From contig OX597825.1 in NCBI GenBank assembly GCA_951406725.2, forward strand, positions 51,336,001 through 51,400,000: DNA of 64,000 nt, given 5' to 3'. A program made the position numbers and the translations under genes. This DNA is from Octopus vulgaris (lineage: Eukaryota). The notes beneath the pieces are model-generated. The model did no database searches. It was not told the origin of the DNA and saw only the letters and a program-made list of their open reading frames with translations. Numbering within the stretch: the first letter of the stretch is position 1; each line of letters opens with the position of its first letter. Positions 11,561 to 23,262 of this stretch are shown in pieces.

Positions 11561-12507
11561 CGGTTTGTATCAATAATTCCACTCAGAACCCTACCGATTT
11601 TCCTTTCCTATTTTGTGCACCAGGACAATCGTTGTTCTATTCTCTGCGCCGCATAATAGGGCTGCTACCTGAAAAGAACTGTCCACATCACGTAGTAACT
11701 CTGATACTTTTGTTTTCACCACCGTCCGACTAAGCTATGTTGGAACTAGCCTCAGTTCTTCAGTTTGAGTGTTGTAGTACATTCATTGGCTAATTATTCC
11801 ATTAGTTATCTCATCTAAACACTTCTTCCTAAACATATACCACCTACGTGCCACCATTTCCCACACTGCCCACCCGTATTTAAACGAAACTGTTGTTCTT
11901 TAATCCTAACTGCCCCCATGAAATTATTTTACACCGACAACTCAGACGCCTTTGGACAATCTGTGTTGATTCAATGAAACGAGTCCACGAAAATGTACCC
12001 ATGTAGGATAATGTCAATCGTGTCTTCTGCAATGAAAAGTAAGACACTGTCAATGTACGTATGTCGAAACATTACTGCATTTTCCTGTTCCTAACCATGG
12101 AAAGTATGCAATCAGAGTACTCCGTATTTCTATGCTGCAATAACACTTAAGATATCTTGAGACGACGATTCAACTCCCCATATCTTATACTCAACACAAC
12201 TCAGGTACGACCCGCAATGAAGTACTGTTCCCACATTTAGTACAGTATTATAAATAATGTTTCCATAGGATAGATAACCTACAAAATTAACATAGAAATA
12301 CTATATGACCGAGTGCCAAATGTCAAGCCCAAGTTTATTCTATCATTTGTCTCATACTCTTCCAATCTCATGATTTTGCCTTTCCTGCCACTATTCAGCG
12401 CCTCTGCTTCTCGATAATGGTGGTGCTGTATCAATACATAGCATTTAGATTAGTAGGCCACTATATATAGACAGAACAATATATAGCATAAAGATCACTA
12501 GATCATA

Positions 12508-12508
<1 letters not shown>

Positions 12509-12575
<67 letters not shown>
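12509..12575. repeat. (TG)n microsatellite
   Basis: Read directly from the sequence. Confidence 0.95.
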
Positions 12576-12577
<2 letters not shown>

Positions 12578-14009
12578 ACGTGTGTAACACTTCACAATAC
12601 ATAGATCACTCGCTTACATAACTGGGACGTAGAAACCGACCCACCAAAAATGGCATTTGTGCTTAATACGTCTCATATAGACACACGCACATTATTATAT
12701 GTGTGTATATGTAAGTGGTGGGTTGCATGCGTGTATACAGAAATGTCTATACACATGCATATATGTGTGTACACTCATATGCAGATTTGATACGCTAGTG
12801 TGTATTCCTAGAGAGAAGCCAAATGTCAACCATACCTAGAGCGGAGACCGGCGCCGCCAAGTTATCTGCTTAATGAAATACAGCACGATTACGCAGTGAA
12901 ACTAGTTTCTCTTGTTTATGCACTTATAACCTCCCTAGGCTATGGAATTTGTTTGATATTGATTGATGTGTTTGTGAATACGTATGAATCAGTGTGCGTG
13001 CATGTATATGTGTGTGTGTGTGTATGTGGTAATAGCATAGCGCAAATTCACTGTGCTGTTGAAAAATTTATGTTACCATGGAAACTAACTCTAGTGAGGT
13101 ATGTAGGTCGGGGGTGAATACATCTGAGGGAGAAAGTTATGGAATTTGTTGTTGAAATGCAACTGAGATGATACAGAAAAAAGTGTGGAAGGCACATTTG
13201 AAACCAGAGTCAGATCAGAGGTGGTACGTCACAGAGAATTCTGCTGATACAATTGTGATAGACCAGTGTAACTGGAAGCATTATATCTAAGCAATCAAAC
13301 GTTCAGATATAGTAAACCTAATGAGGAGCTTTTATTTGTAGACATAAAGTGGTAACTTGTTCTTTCCAGAGCAATACAGCAATAATTGATACTCATGTTT
13401 TCAAATTTGAGAACACTTAAGTTTGATGTTGCAAGTCTAGTGTTAAACTATTTCAACAGAACCTTTTTACTGGAAAATAAACTTCATGAGGTTCAGCACG
13501 GTTTTCTTCAACTTTGTTGATAATTTGTTTGTTTTACAAGTCATACTTTGTCGAGGGTTCATGGGTTAGAGGTTATATAAGCAAATAGTTAATTTACATC
13601 AATACTTGAAGGAAACAGATTAAATTAGAATTAGACAATGAGATTCTACCATGGTTGAATGTCTTTTGTGAGATTTTAATTGCTAGAGATATTTTCAAAG
13701 CAGCGTCTTGCTATTGGTGGTTTGATAAATTCCACCAACCTGACTCCCACTAGATTCGCTAAAAAAAAATTAATTATTCAGTGTTGTAGAACCTGAATAT
13801 ATAAGAGACGAACTAGTAAGGGTATAGCATATATTTATCGTGCAGTGAGTGGGTGAATTGTCAATTAAGTTAAATTATTGTACTTTTAATATTCATTTTA
13901 TCAAACAGGAACAAGCGAGAGAATTAAATGAATAAAATAGATGTAAGATTATAATATATTTTAGTCGCATTTTTAGTACTCGGTTGATTTCTAATATCAA
14001 TATTTGAGC

Positions 14010-14150
14010 AAGTGTTAAATTCCGTTCAGGTCGACTTTGCTTTTCATCTTGGCGAGGTTAACAAAATAAATGCCACTTGACTCCTGGGGTCGATATATTC
14101 GACTTACCACTCCCGTGTAATTGCTAGCCTTGTGCCAAAATTTGAAAACA
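14010..14150 (+). mobile_element. SINE family A, 5'-truncated
   Basis: GGTCGACTTTGCTTTTCATC..CTGGGGTCGAT..CCTTGTGCCAAAATTTGAAA. Confidence 0.75.
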
Positions 14151-14691
14151 ATATTAAAGCAATTGTTGAAACGGGACGAAATACTTAGCTTTAAATTCCA
14201 GCAGAATTAAATAAATATATGTCTACTTCATATATTTATAATTGTTTTAGTCATCCTCATTTTGTCCCAACTTTACAAATCATGACCATACGATTAAAAT
14301 GTTGCTTCATAATAACGTGGTTTCAGGTTCGGTCTTATTACATGGCACCTTTGGAAATTATATTTTATTATACAGGGCGACCAATCAATGAAGCTATGTA
14401 AAGACGTAAACCGAATAAATTTGCTTCAGGCTCATTTCTTGCTTGTCACTCCCCATTTAACTCGTTCTGATGACAACATATATATCAACTTTTTAGTTTC
14501 GGATGAACTCACTATCTTAATCCTCTTTTCAATAGTGTAACAACCTAGTTTCTTCATCCCATCCATCTTCCTGTTTCGGTGGCATGAAAAAGACAGGTGG
14601 TTGAACGTTCTTCCATTGAAAAGAGAACAAATAAGTCGCTACAACTTCATGTAGCCTGAGATTTTCATTTCATTTGAGTTTGAGTCCATGC

Positions 14692-17600
14692 TCAGGCCAA
14701 GTCAAAGACTCCACCCTCAGAGTCTGGTGTGGTTGCCAGGTTGTATTCTCTGTTTAATTTTGACATGTGTAGGAGCGAGTTTGAGTCAGTTTGTGCTCGT
14801 TGTGTATATCCTGGGAGATGGGGCTCATCTCTAATGGTGCTTAAGTATCTATCCAGCTGCAATTTGAATGATTCCACACTGCATCCTGATAGATTTCTGA
14901 CATGTACCGGAATGGAGTTGAATAGTTGTGCTCCTCGAACCAACAGACTTGATTATCGCAGGGTTTTTGCTGCCTGGCCAGCCTTTTTGTTGATTGGTGG
15001 TAGCTGGCAGCGTCTTCCGTGGCGGAGTGAGTGGTAGGTTTTGATACCAAAGTTTGGCACCTTTTGCTCTATCATTTTCCAAATGTATATAATTCGGTAT
15101 CGCTCAAATCTTCTTTCTATTGAGTACATCCTCAAGGTTTTGAGTCTTTGCCAATAGTCCAGGTCCCTCGTTTCTGAGAAATATGAGGTAACATTTCTTT
15201 GGAGCGATTCCATCTTAGATAGTTGGCCCTTTGTTGTTGGTGACCACAACTGAGAACAGTAGTCAATCCTTGGAAGTATCATACTGTTCCAGAGGGTTTT
15301 CATTGTTGAGGTATCTCTTGATTTGAAGGTGCGCAAGATCCACCCGCTGTACTTTCTTGCAGTAAGACAGACTGAGTCAAGGTGTTCTCTGAATTTTAGG
15401 TTGGTTCCCATGTGGATGCCTAAATCTTTCACATACTGTTTTTCCATTATTTGTTGTCCTGGTGGGTTTCTGTAGTTTGTTGTATTTTTCAGATCTTGAT
15501 CAGTTCCGTAGCGAATTAGTTCAAAGTTCTTATCATTGAACAACATGTTGTTTGTTTCCTGCCATTTATATATGGTGGTCAGGTCCTTTTGTAAGGCCTC
15601 TGTATCCACCTCGTCTTTGATTTGTCTCATGACCCTGGTGTCATCAGCAAAGGATGAGACATTGCTGGTTGTATCTTCATCTATGTCAGAGATGAGGATG
15701 AGAAACAGGATTGGGCCGAGTACTGTACCCTGAGGAACACTGCTGGTCACAGGTGATGGTGTTGAATGGGTTCCATTCACAGTGACTGTTTGAGTTCTAT
15801 TTGTAAGGAACTCATGTATCCATGTACCAACTTTTCCTCCTACTCCTAGCTTTCGAAGTTTGTGACCCAGGATGCCATGATCTACCTTGTCAAATGCCTT
15901 GGCAAAGTCGAGGTAAATAACATCTGTGTTGTATCCATTCTCTAGATTTTCTAGGATTTGGTCATGGTGTGCCAGTAGTTGGGAAAGACATGATCTACCT
16001 AACCTGAATCCATGCTGGTTGCAATTCATCAGATTGTTGGATTCCAGGAACTCAACCAGTTTTCCACGAACTATTCTTTCGAAGACCTTGATAATGTGTG
16101 ATGTCAGTGAGATTGGTCGGTAGTTCTTTGGTTTTGATTTGCTGTCCCCTTTATGTATTGGAGTTATGTGTGCTTCTTTATATGTATTTGGTATTTTGCC
16201 ATTCTCCATAGATTCCCTCCATATCATGTAAAGGGGTTTCAACAATTGTACCTTGCAGTTTTTAAGTATCATGGCATTGAAACCGTCAGGCCCCGCAGCC
16301 GAGTGCATGGAGAGCTTGTCTATGGCTCTTTCTATGTCCTCTGGGTTGAAATCAATGTCGGATAGGGTAGGTTTAGTATGGTCGATATCCTTGAAGAATT
16401 TTCCTGGGTCATGGATCTTCATGGTTTTAGATGGCTCACTGAAGACACTTTCATACTGTTGACCCAACATTTCTGCCATTTCAAAAGGGTTATTCACTAC
16501 ATCCCCATTTTGTCTCTGGAGAGGTCCTATTGTTGACTTGGTATTCGAGTATTTCTTTGCAAAACTGTAGAAACATTTTGGATTTTTCTTGATGTTTTCT
16601 ATGGCTCTCTTTTCTGCATTGTTACGTTCTTCATCATAGTGTTGTTTTAGATTGTCTTCTAATCTGTATATTTGGTCAAGGACTTTCTGTAATTCATGTT
16701 TTGATGTCAGCTTAGATGTTTTGTTTCTTAGTCTTGACCTTTTGCGCATCAGGATCTTTCGCTCCCGTGGTACAGGTTTTTTTGTGGACTTGGTTTTCTT
16801 TAGAGGAATATTTTCTGCACATATTTCTTCGATCTTGTTTAAGAATTTCTTGTGTTTATCTGGCCCAGTAAGGTAGAGATCCCAGTCAATGATTTGTAAC
16901 TGGTTGTTAATAGTTTCCCAATTTGCCTGGTGATAATCATACCTGCATAGCTTTGGCATATCCTTTTGTTTAAGAGTTGTGACATTGGGCTCATTACCAA
17001 TGTGTAAATGCATTTCAATAATATTGTGGTCTGAAAGGATTGTTGGGGTTGAGTGAAGGTCAAATAGCGTGTCCTCGTTGTTGGTGAAAACCAAGTCGAT
17101 CGTATTATTATTTCTTGTTGCTTCTGTCATCATTTGTTTGAGGTATAATTTCTCTGTGACTTCCAACAGTTTGGCTGCCAGTATTTGTTCAGCTTTTGTC
17201 CCCAGTTTTAGTATGTGTCCATGTGGCCAGATGATGTTAGGGAAGTTGAAGTCACCAAGGAGGATAATGTCTGGCATTGGACTCGCCATGTTTCCCAGAA
17301 TTTGTTGGAGCTTTGTTAGTGGTTCAGTGAAGGATAATGTTGGGCTGTTTGGCGGTCTGTACATTATTGTTACAACTGTATTAAGTTGGATGATTTTTAT
17401 GCACAGCAGGTTGCAGTAGCCATTTGATTCATTGACAAGTTCTATGCATGCATAGGTATCATGGATATACATGATAACGCCCCCATGGGATCTACCTTGT
17501 CTATCACATCTGAAGATGTTGAATCTATTGATTGTGATTTCGCTGTTGCGGATGTTTTCGTTGAGATGACTTTCAGTAATTCCAATTATTTTGGAGTTGT

Positions 17601-17904
17601 TTTCTGTTGCTAATTCTTCCAAGAGAGGGACTTTACACTGTTTTGTTTTCGGATAAAGACCCTGGATATTTGCTGTTATTATGCTTGTTGTACCGGATAC
17701 ATCTGCCCTATTGTTGGCAAGACTGTTGTAGTTGCTGGGACTGTGCTGACTGGATATTCGGTCTGCTGGGCTGTCTGTATTTGTTGTATGTGCCCTGTAA
17801 GCCCAGGTGTCAGCCTTTGTATCAATGTTGCCTGGTTTTGCTGAGTCGTCTGTATGGAGTACAGCTGTTGTTGTAGTTGGTAGATTATGCCTAAAAAACT
17901 GCTT
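14692..17904 (-). CDS. LINE ORF2: APE endonuclease plus reverse transcriptase, interrupted by one premature TAA at 14955-14953
   Basis: APE motifs ANIQGL, ITESHL, YRPP, GDFN, IDLVF, SDH. RT motifs YRPISLTS, QHGFR, YLDFAKAFDKVDH, VPQGTVLGP, FADD, KDLG. The 889-aa and 83-aa track ORFs share one frame (TLR*SSLLVRGAQLFN). The frame is open upstream to a TGA at 17907-17905 with no ATG before the APE domain. Confidence 0.92.
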
Positions 17905-17987
17905 TCATTCATTACTATATCGAATTTCTGCGAGTTTGGGTTTGTTACAGCTGATGTATGCAATTGAGTAGCATGATTTTCATTCAC
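17679..17987 (-). CDS. 3' part of LINE ORF1 (Q/T-rich C-terminus), truncated by the 5' end of the insertion
   Basis: Open frame ..SSFLGIIYQLQQQL..MYPVQQA* overlapping the ORF2 frame by about 225 nt. Confidence 0.65.
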   Translation of the reverse strand: MNENHATQLHTSAVTNPNSQKFDIVMNESSFLGIIYQLQQQLYSIQTTQQNQATLIQRLTPGLTGHIQQIQTAQQTEYPVSTVPATTTVLPTIGQMYPVQQA

Positions 17988-19312
17988 TGTTGAGCCACTT
18001 ACTTTATAAATGAGATTACTTTATAAATGATAGCAATGTATCTAAGGAAGGAAAATTAATTTGTAGGGTATCTCTTCTCATTTCATCTTTTCCATTGATA
18101 ACTACTACGACATACTGATTTACTATTTACTGAATTAGCTTCTGAGCTTTGCCTACCCAGGTCTGAGACACGGAACATCACTAGAGGAGACATTGTAAAC
18201 CTTCAACACTTAACTTCGTAAACAGAAACAATTCTAAATCAATTACATATTTTTATATTTCATTAATTGTTTCGAAATATTTGTGATAAAATTATGTATT
18301 GTCATTAACATTGTATTTGGCATTCGCAGACAAAGTGAGACAAGCTGTAAGGGAAAATCCTTTGGCTTTCCATTATAGCAAACTATCTAACGTAAAACAA
18401 ATTGTTAACGCTTGATTTATATTTTTGTCACCTGACACGGAATCGTATAAAAACATTTCTCTATGTGTGTGTTTGTTTCTTTTTTTCATTTCGAAACTTC
18501 CTAAAAGCATAAAATATTCTTTGTTGTAAACCAGTTTTATTTTCGTTCATAATAGCATTCTTCTTAAATTTATTGCAAATGACTTACACACCCCTGCTTC
18601 TGTTGAAATAATTTCAATAAATTAACAAATATAACAAGTTATTTCCGAACGTTCCGACGCTCTTCTAGAAATTGTGTCGTATATAGTATTTTGTATAAAT
18701 TTTCAGTCGTTGGCTTGTGTTTCCCTTTAGCAATTGAACAGACACAAGGAATGATGGTGAATGGGTATACATGAAATTATATTATTAAAATATTGTATAA
18801 AAATGTATTATGAATAATGTGTCACCTGGCCAGTCTCTCTTTCTTTCAAATATTAGTATTTACCTGTCTGCTTATAGCTCATGCTGATTTATTTCTCAAT
18901 TTGCTCCGAGAAATATCAATGATTTAAATGCCCTATATCGCTGGGGTTGGCAAATTTACAACTGTCTACAAATGAGAAACCTCAGCCTTTCAAGCAAGCA
19001 ATATAGCAAAATATAAAAACAGAGTATTATATTTCATTTCAGATATAATTTAAAGTGACATCCGAGAAGCAAATATTTTGTAAATAAAAGTGTTTCATGT
19101 CATTTGGTATATTCCTTTTGTAGTTATAACGAAGAAATCTATGGCTGTTGGGTTGAAAAGTGAAATGGCAATTTTGGACAATTTATAAAAATATGGTCGA
19201 ATCTGACCTCGAACCATTTAAGGTTAATCAAATTTGTAATAGTTTAACATTAGTAACACTAATGTGTCATCGAAGCCTGTGCACTAAAATAATGACTTAT
19301 ACATGTGTATAT

Positions 19313-19362
<50 letters not shown>

Positions 19363-19414
19363 CCACACACATTCACACAAACGCACACACACACACACAT
19401 TCACACGTATAACG

Positions 19415-19800
19415 TTCGGTTGGCAGAAATGTTAGCACGCCGGGCGAAATGCGTAGCCGTATTTCGTCTTCCTTTACGTTCTGTGTTCAAATTCCGCCGA
19501 GGTCGACTTTGCCTTTCATCGTTTCGGGGTCGATTAAATAAGTACCAGTTACGCACTGGGGTCGATATAATCGACTTAATCCGTTTGTCTGTCTTTGTTT
19601 CTTCTCTCTGTGTTTAGCCCCTTGTGGGTAGTAAAGAAATAGGTATTTCGTCTGTCTGTTTTCAAATTCCACGGAAGTTGACGTTGCCTTACATCGTTTC
19701 GAGGTCGACAAAATAAGTGCTATTTGAACACTAGTGTTGGTAGTGGTGGTGGTGGTGGGGGGTGATGTAATCGACTTAGCTCATACCCACAAAATTTAAA
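19415..19800 (+). mobile_element. SINE family A, well-preserved copy followed by a second partial copy
   Basis: A-box-like TGGCAGAAATGTTAGC, B-box GTTCAAATTCC, core GGTCGACTTTGCCTTTCATC..GGGGTCGAT..AGTACCAG; core repeated from about 19641. Confidence 0.88.
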
Positions 19801-20339
19801 AGGACTTTTTTGTCATAGGACAAATAAAAATATATGTGACTTTTGTGTTACTGTAAAACAATATTGCAAACAGGAGATGGTAATAGCCGCAGCAAAGCAA
19901 GTATTTTAGATACTTGCTTACATATTAGCTTTGAGGACTATGGCAGATATCGTAACGATTATAATGTATGGTAGTAATAATGTATGTAGCATTGATGTAA
20001 TGGATGGCAGTGATTATAATGTATGGTATTGATTATAATACAAGAGTTGCCGTAAACCGCAGAAACAGTAGAAGACACGAATAATTATTATACTGTCCAA
20101 TTTTTGTAAACAAATATATCACCAAAGATAATTACTCAGCGACACCATCTGTTTTTAAAACAATAATTCAGTGATAATATATTTAATGTAATTAATACCC
20201 CGAAAATAATTAGAAATACAGACGTTGCAAGGACAAGACAATATTAACTAAATATCAAATATGATTAGCAGTTTATCAAGCACCATTTCGTGTAGAGTGG
20301 AGTTCCATTGCCTTCTCAGATAATTAGAGACATCGATAA

Positions 20340-21800
20340 CGTAGCCATGGCTTTAACAACTGAACTCTTTAACAAGTAAGCTCACATCTATACTTCTGAA
20401 CATAGTCATTACCTCATTTGTTAGCAGTGTGCCACATACGAATGAGGACATGTATCCCAACTCCGTAAAACTCAGATGACTGCTGACGTAGACAATTTCC
20501 TGCAGCAGCTTTGACTTCTTCATCACCACCATGACTTTCGCTTCTCACTGCTTTTTTCACTGCCTCTTGCATTGGACCAGAGAGATGAAATTCTGAGTAG
20601 AAAGCATAAAGTATAAGTATAAAGCATAAGTAAAAAGCATAAAGCAATAAAGTTGTCCACCCCAAGCACGTGCTTGGCGCCTTTTACTGAAGCTTGAGTG
20701 AGGCCGGGCGTTATCGTGTTGAAGATGTTTATTCATCTTCAAATTTGTTTTTACTCACCAGATTTTTGCTCTAAGTCTTTTAAGGGCTTTAATGTATGAT
20801 TCATAGTTAATTGTTTCTCCTCTTGGGAAGAAATCGAGAATAACACCTTAACCACCCCATAACAGTAACCGTGAATTTTTTCAGCTGACTTTTCCGCCTT
20901 TAACTTTGTATTGGGTTGGTGCATAATTTTTGCGGGTTTTTTTCAACAAATTTATTCAGCAAAAACTATAACAACATGTAACAAAAATATCTTTAATTTT
21001 TATTCCGGAGCATATTCACCACCTTCTTCGAATAATGCTTCCCATTTGCTTGGCAGACGGTCAGACCGTCATTTAAAGATGTTTTGCTAAATATTATTAT
21101 TGCTTTTGTTGAATAAATTTTGTTAAAATTTAAAAATTCCGCAATAACTATGCACCAACCTAATATATGAACTATCGGATGACGACATACCATCGACTGT
21201 ATTTTTGATTCTGATTCATAATGATGAATCAAAGTTCCATAACCAATTATGGGCCTTTGAAGGAAGACTTTGTCTCACAGAATCAAGCACTGCGCAACAG
21301 GTAGCCATTTCAGTCCTGTGATCCTCTATCCGTTCTTTTGCATCTTAGCAGATGTACTCTTTTGAATATTCAAGTAACACAATAATGTCGTCTGTAACTT
21401 CAAGCTTTGATGCCAGATCATCAGTCGTTATGCACCTACACGCTCTCATTAAAGCATCTGCCTTTTCCTTGTTAGCAGGGTTGACAGAAGTTGGGGTGGG
21501 CAGGCCCCGAGAGACGTGTCTTCTAAGCATGGATTTCTCAATTCTTCTTGGTCTTTTGAATCTGCATTCAGACGGCGGGTCCACTGCACACATCATTGAA
21601 TTCTAAAGCTTCATCATTGTAAATATCTTTCAGTGATTTGTGAATATTCACAGGAGTTTCTCATTTGGTAACAAGGAACTTAATTGTTGCTTTTTGTTTC
21701 TAGCGGAGTTTCAGCGGGGCAGCCATTTTAATATCTGCTCATTTATTTATATATGTGGAAAATAAATCGTTAAGTAAACATCTGAGTAAAGGCGTCTTTA
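20340..21800 (-). mobile_element. Degenerate mariner (DD34D-type) transposon with a nested MITE
   Basis: Minus-strand peptides IHHYESESKIQSM, LQHDNARPH, DEEVKAA..LRQQSSEFYGVGIHVLIRMW. Ends approximate. Confidence 0.85.
20911..21163. mobile_element. Mariner-type MITE nested in the older mariner
   Basis: TIRs TTGGGTTGGTGCATAATT and AACTATGCACCAACCTAA, TA duplicated at 20909-20910 and 21164-21165; the host transposase continues on both sides. Confidence 0.88.
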
Positions 21801-21823
21801 TATTTGCAACAATTATCGAATGA

Positions 21824-22875
21824 CTAGTAGTATAGCCCGGCTTTGCCTGGGATTAAGTTAGGATTATTAAGCTAATCAAGTTCTTTATTTCAAACCAAAC
21901 TAAGTAACATCGACGTCAAATCGGGGCGAAATCCGTTTAAATTGGTAAATTTTTGACTGAAAATGAGTTTCAGACTACTAGATTGGGTAATCCCATAAGG
22001 AATGGGTTTATCGATTTTTTCCACTCATCGATATTTTTTTCGCTTTTGGAGAACTTAAAGCATTCAAAGATCCCTTGAGTCCTAAGAAATGCTGGCATCA
22101 AGCTTGGACAAAATACATCAAAATTGGTTAAAAGTTATGGTTGAAAATGGGGTGTAGCCAATTTTATTGGGAAATCCTATAAGGAATCGGTTTATCGATA
22201 TTTTTTAATCCTGATGAAATAGAAAACCACATTTATTAGTTTATTGATTTTCACCCCAAATAGGACGTAACCGAACACAATATTGCTGATTCAATATTTA
22301 TACTTTAAAGTTGGTTTTCACACCCAACCCAGCTCTACAGAATCAGTGTCGCGAAGGTAGCGCATGGGTTGGGAGTTTGATAAGCAGAGGCGATCAGGTT
22401 GTACATGCCAGCCTTTGAAAACACCACCCCCATTATCTAAACCCCCTCTTTGCCCATGGCAAATTAGAAAAAGTCTACTATATATACACATGCGCACGCA
22501 CACGCAAAACGCACGCAGAAACACAGTCACACACACACAGAGTATAAAAAATGCACGCACATGCACAGACAGACGCACATATATGTGCTTACATATGTGT
22601 GTGTAATAAGCTTACACGCACACACATGCACACACACAAACACATACACGTATGATATGCATATCCACATATTCAGGCACTGAACCACCAATCCACTACA
22701 TCTTACAGCAGAGGCTGTTGTAAGCTAATAAAGTTCATAAAATAACGATCGTTTTACCTGTCATCTCCCTTTCACACCACCGCTCTATACTCATGTATCA
22801 CTTTGTTCTCAAATTCTCAAACATACGTGCATTGAGGGCTACACAAGGCTATTCGTCGCCTCGCAATGCCAAAGT

Positions 22876-22880
<5 letters not shown>
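21824..22880 (-). mobile_element. Non-autonomous Helitron-like element
   Basis: Minus-strand 3' end: hairpin CCCAGGC-aaa-GCCGGG, 8 nt, then CTAG|T. Internal ~45-bp direct repeat ATTGGG.AATCC.ATAAGGAAT.GGTTTATCGAT at ~21982 and ~22167. 5' end uncertain (runs into TA repeat). Confidence 0.65.
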
Positions 22881-22931
<51 letters not shown>

Positions 22932-23044
22932 TATACTAATAGTATCGGTAAGACAATAAAAGAATGAAAGAGACCTCGATATTATTTAAATAGAGGAATT
23001 TATCTGTAATATAATACGTGACAATTATTCGGTTGTCATAATAA

Positions 23045-23262
23045 GAGAATCGTTATCGTGCTAGAAAAATATGCTTCGCAACATTTCTTCGGACTTTACG
23101 TTCTGAATTCAAATGCCACCTCGATCGAATTTGCCTGGAATCCTTTCAGAGTCAATAAAATAAGTACCAGTTGAGCACTGGTGTCGGTGTAATGGACTTA
23201 TCGCAGACCTAAAATTGCTGACCTCATGCCAAAATGTGAAACTCGTATATTACATAGATAAC
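23045..23262 (+). mobile_element. SINE family A, diverged
   Basis: TTACGTTCTGAATTCAAAT..AATAAGTACCAGTTGAGCACTGG..TGCCAAAATGTGAAAC. Confidence 0.75.

Larger units (their letters stand above)
14664..18010 (-). mobile_element. 5'-truncated CR1-group LINE retrotransposon, young insertion
   Basis: ORF1 3' end plus ORF2, a very short 3' UTR ending in CAAACTCAAATGAAATGAAA repeats, and a candidate 7-bp TSD TGAGATT at 14657-14663 and 18011-18017. Confidence 0.93.

Noticed and set aside
15536-17876. Plus-strand ORFs overlapping the LINE
   Set aside because: Antisense shadows of ORF1/ORF2.
19415-19500. tRNA-like A and B boxes (also at 43390-43455 and 55295-55362)
   Set aside because: These are SINE heads continuing into repeat bodies; no complete cloverleaf.
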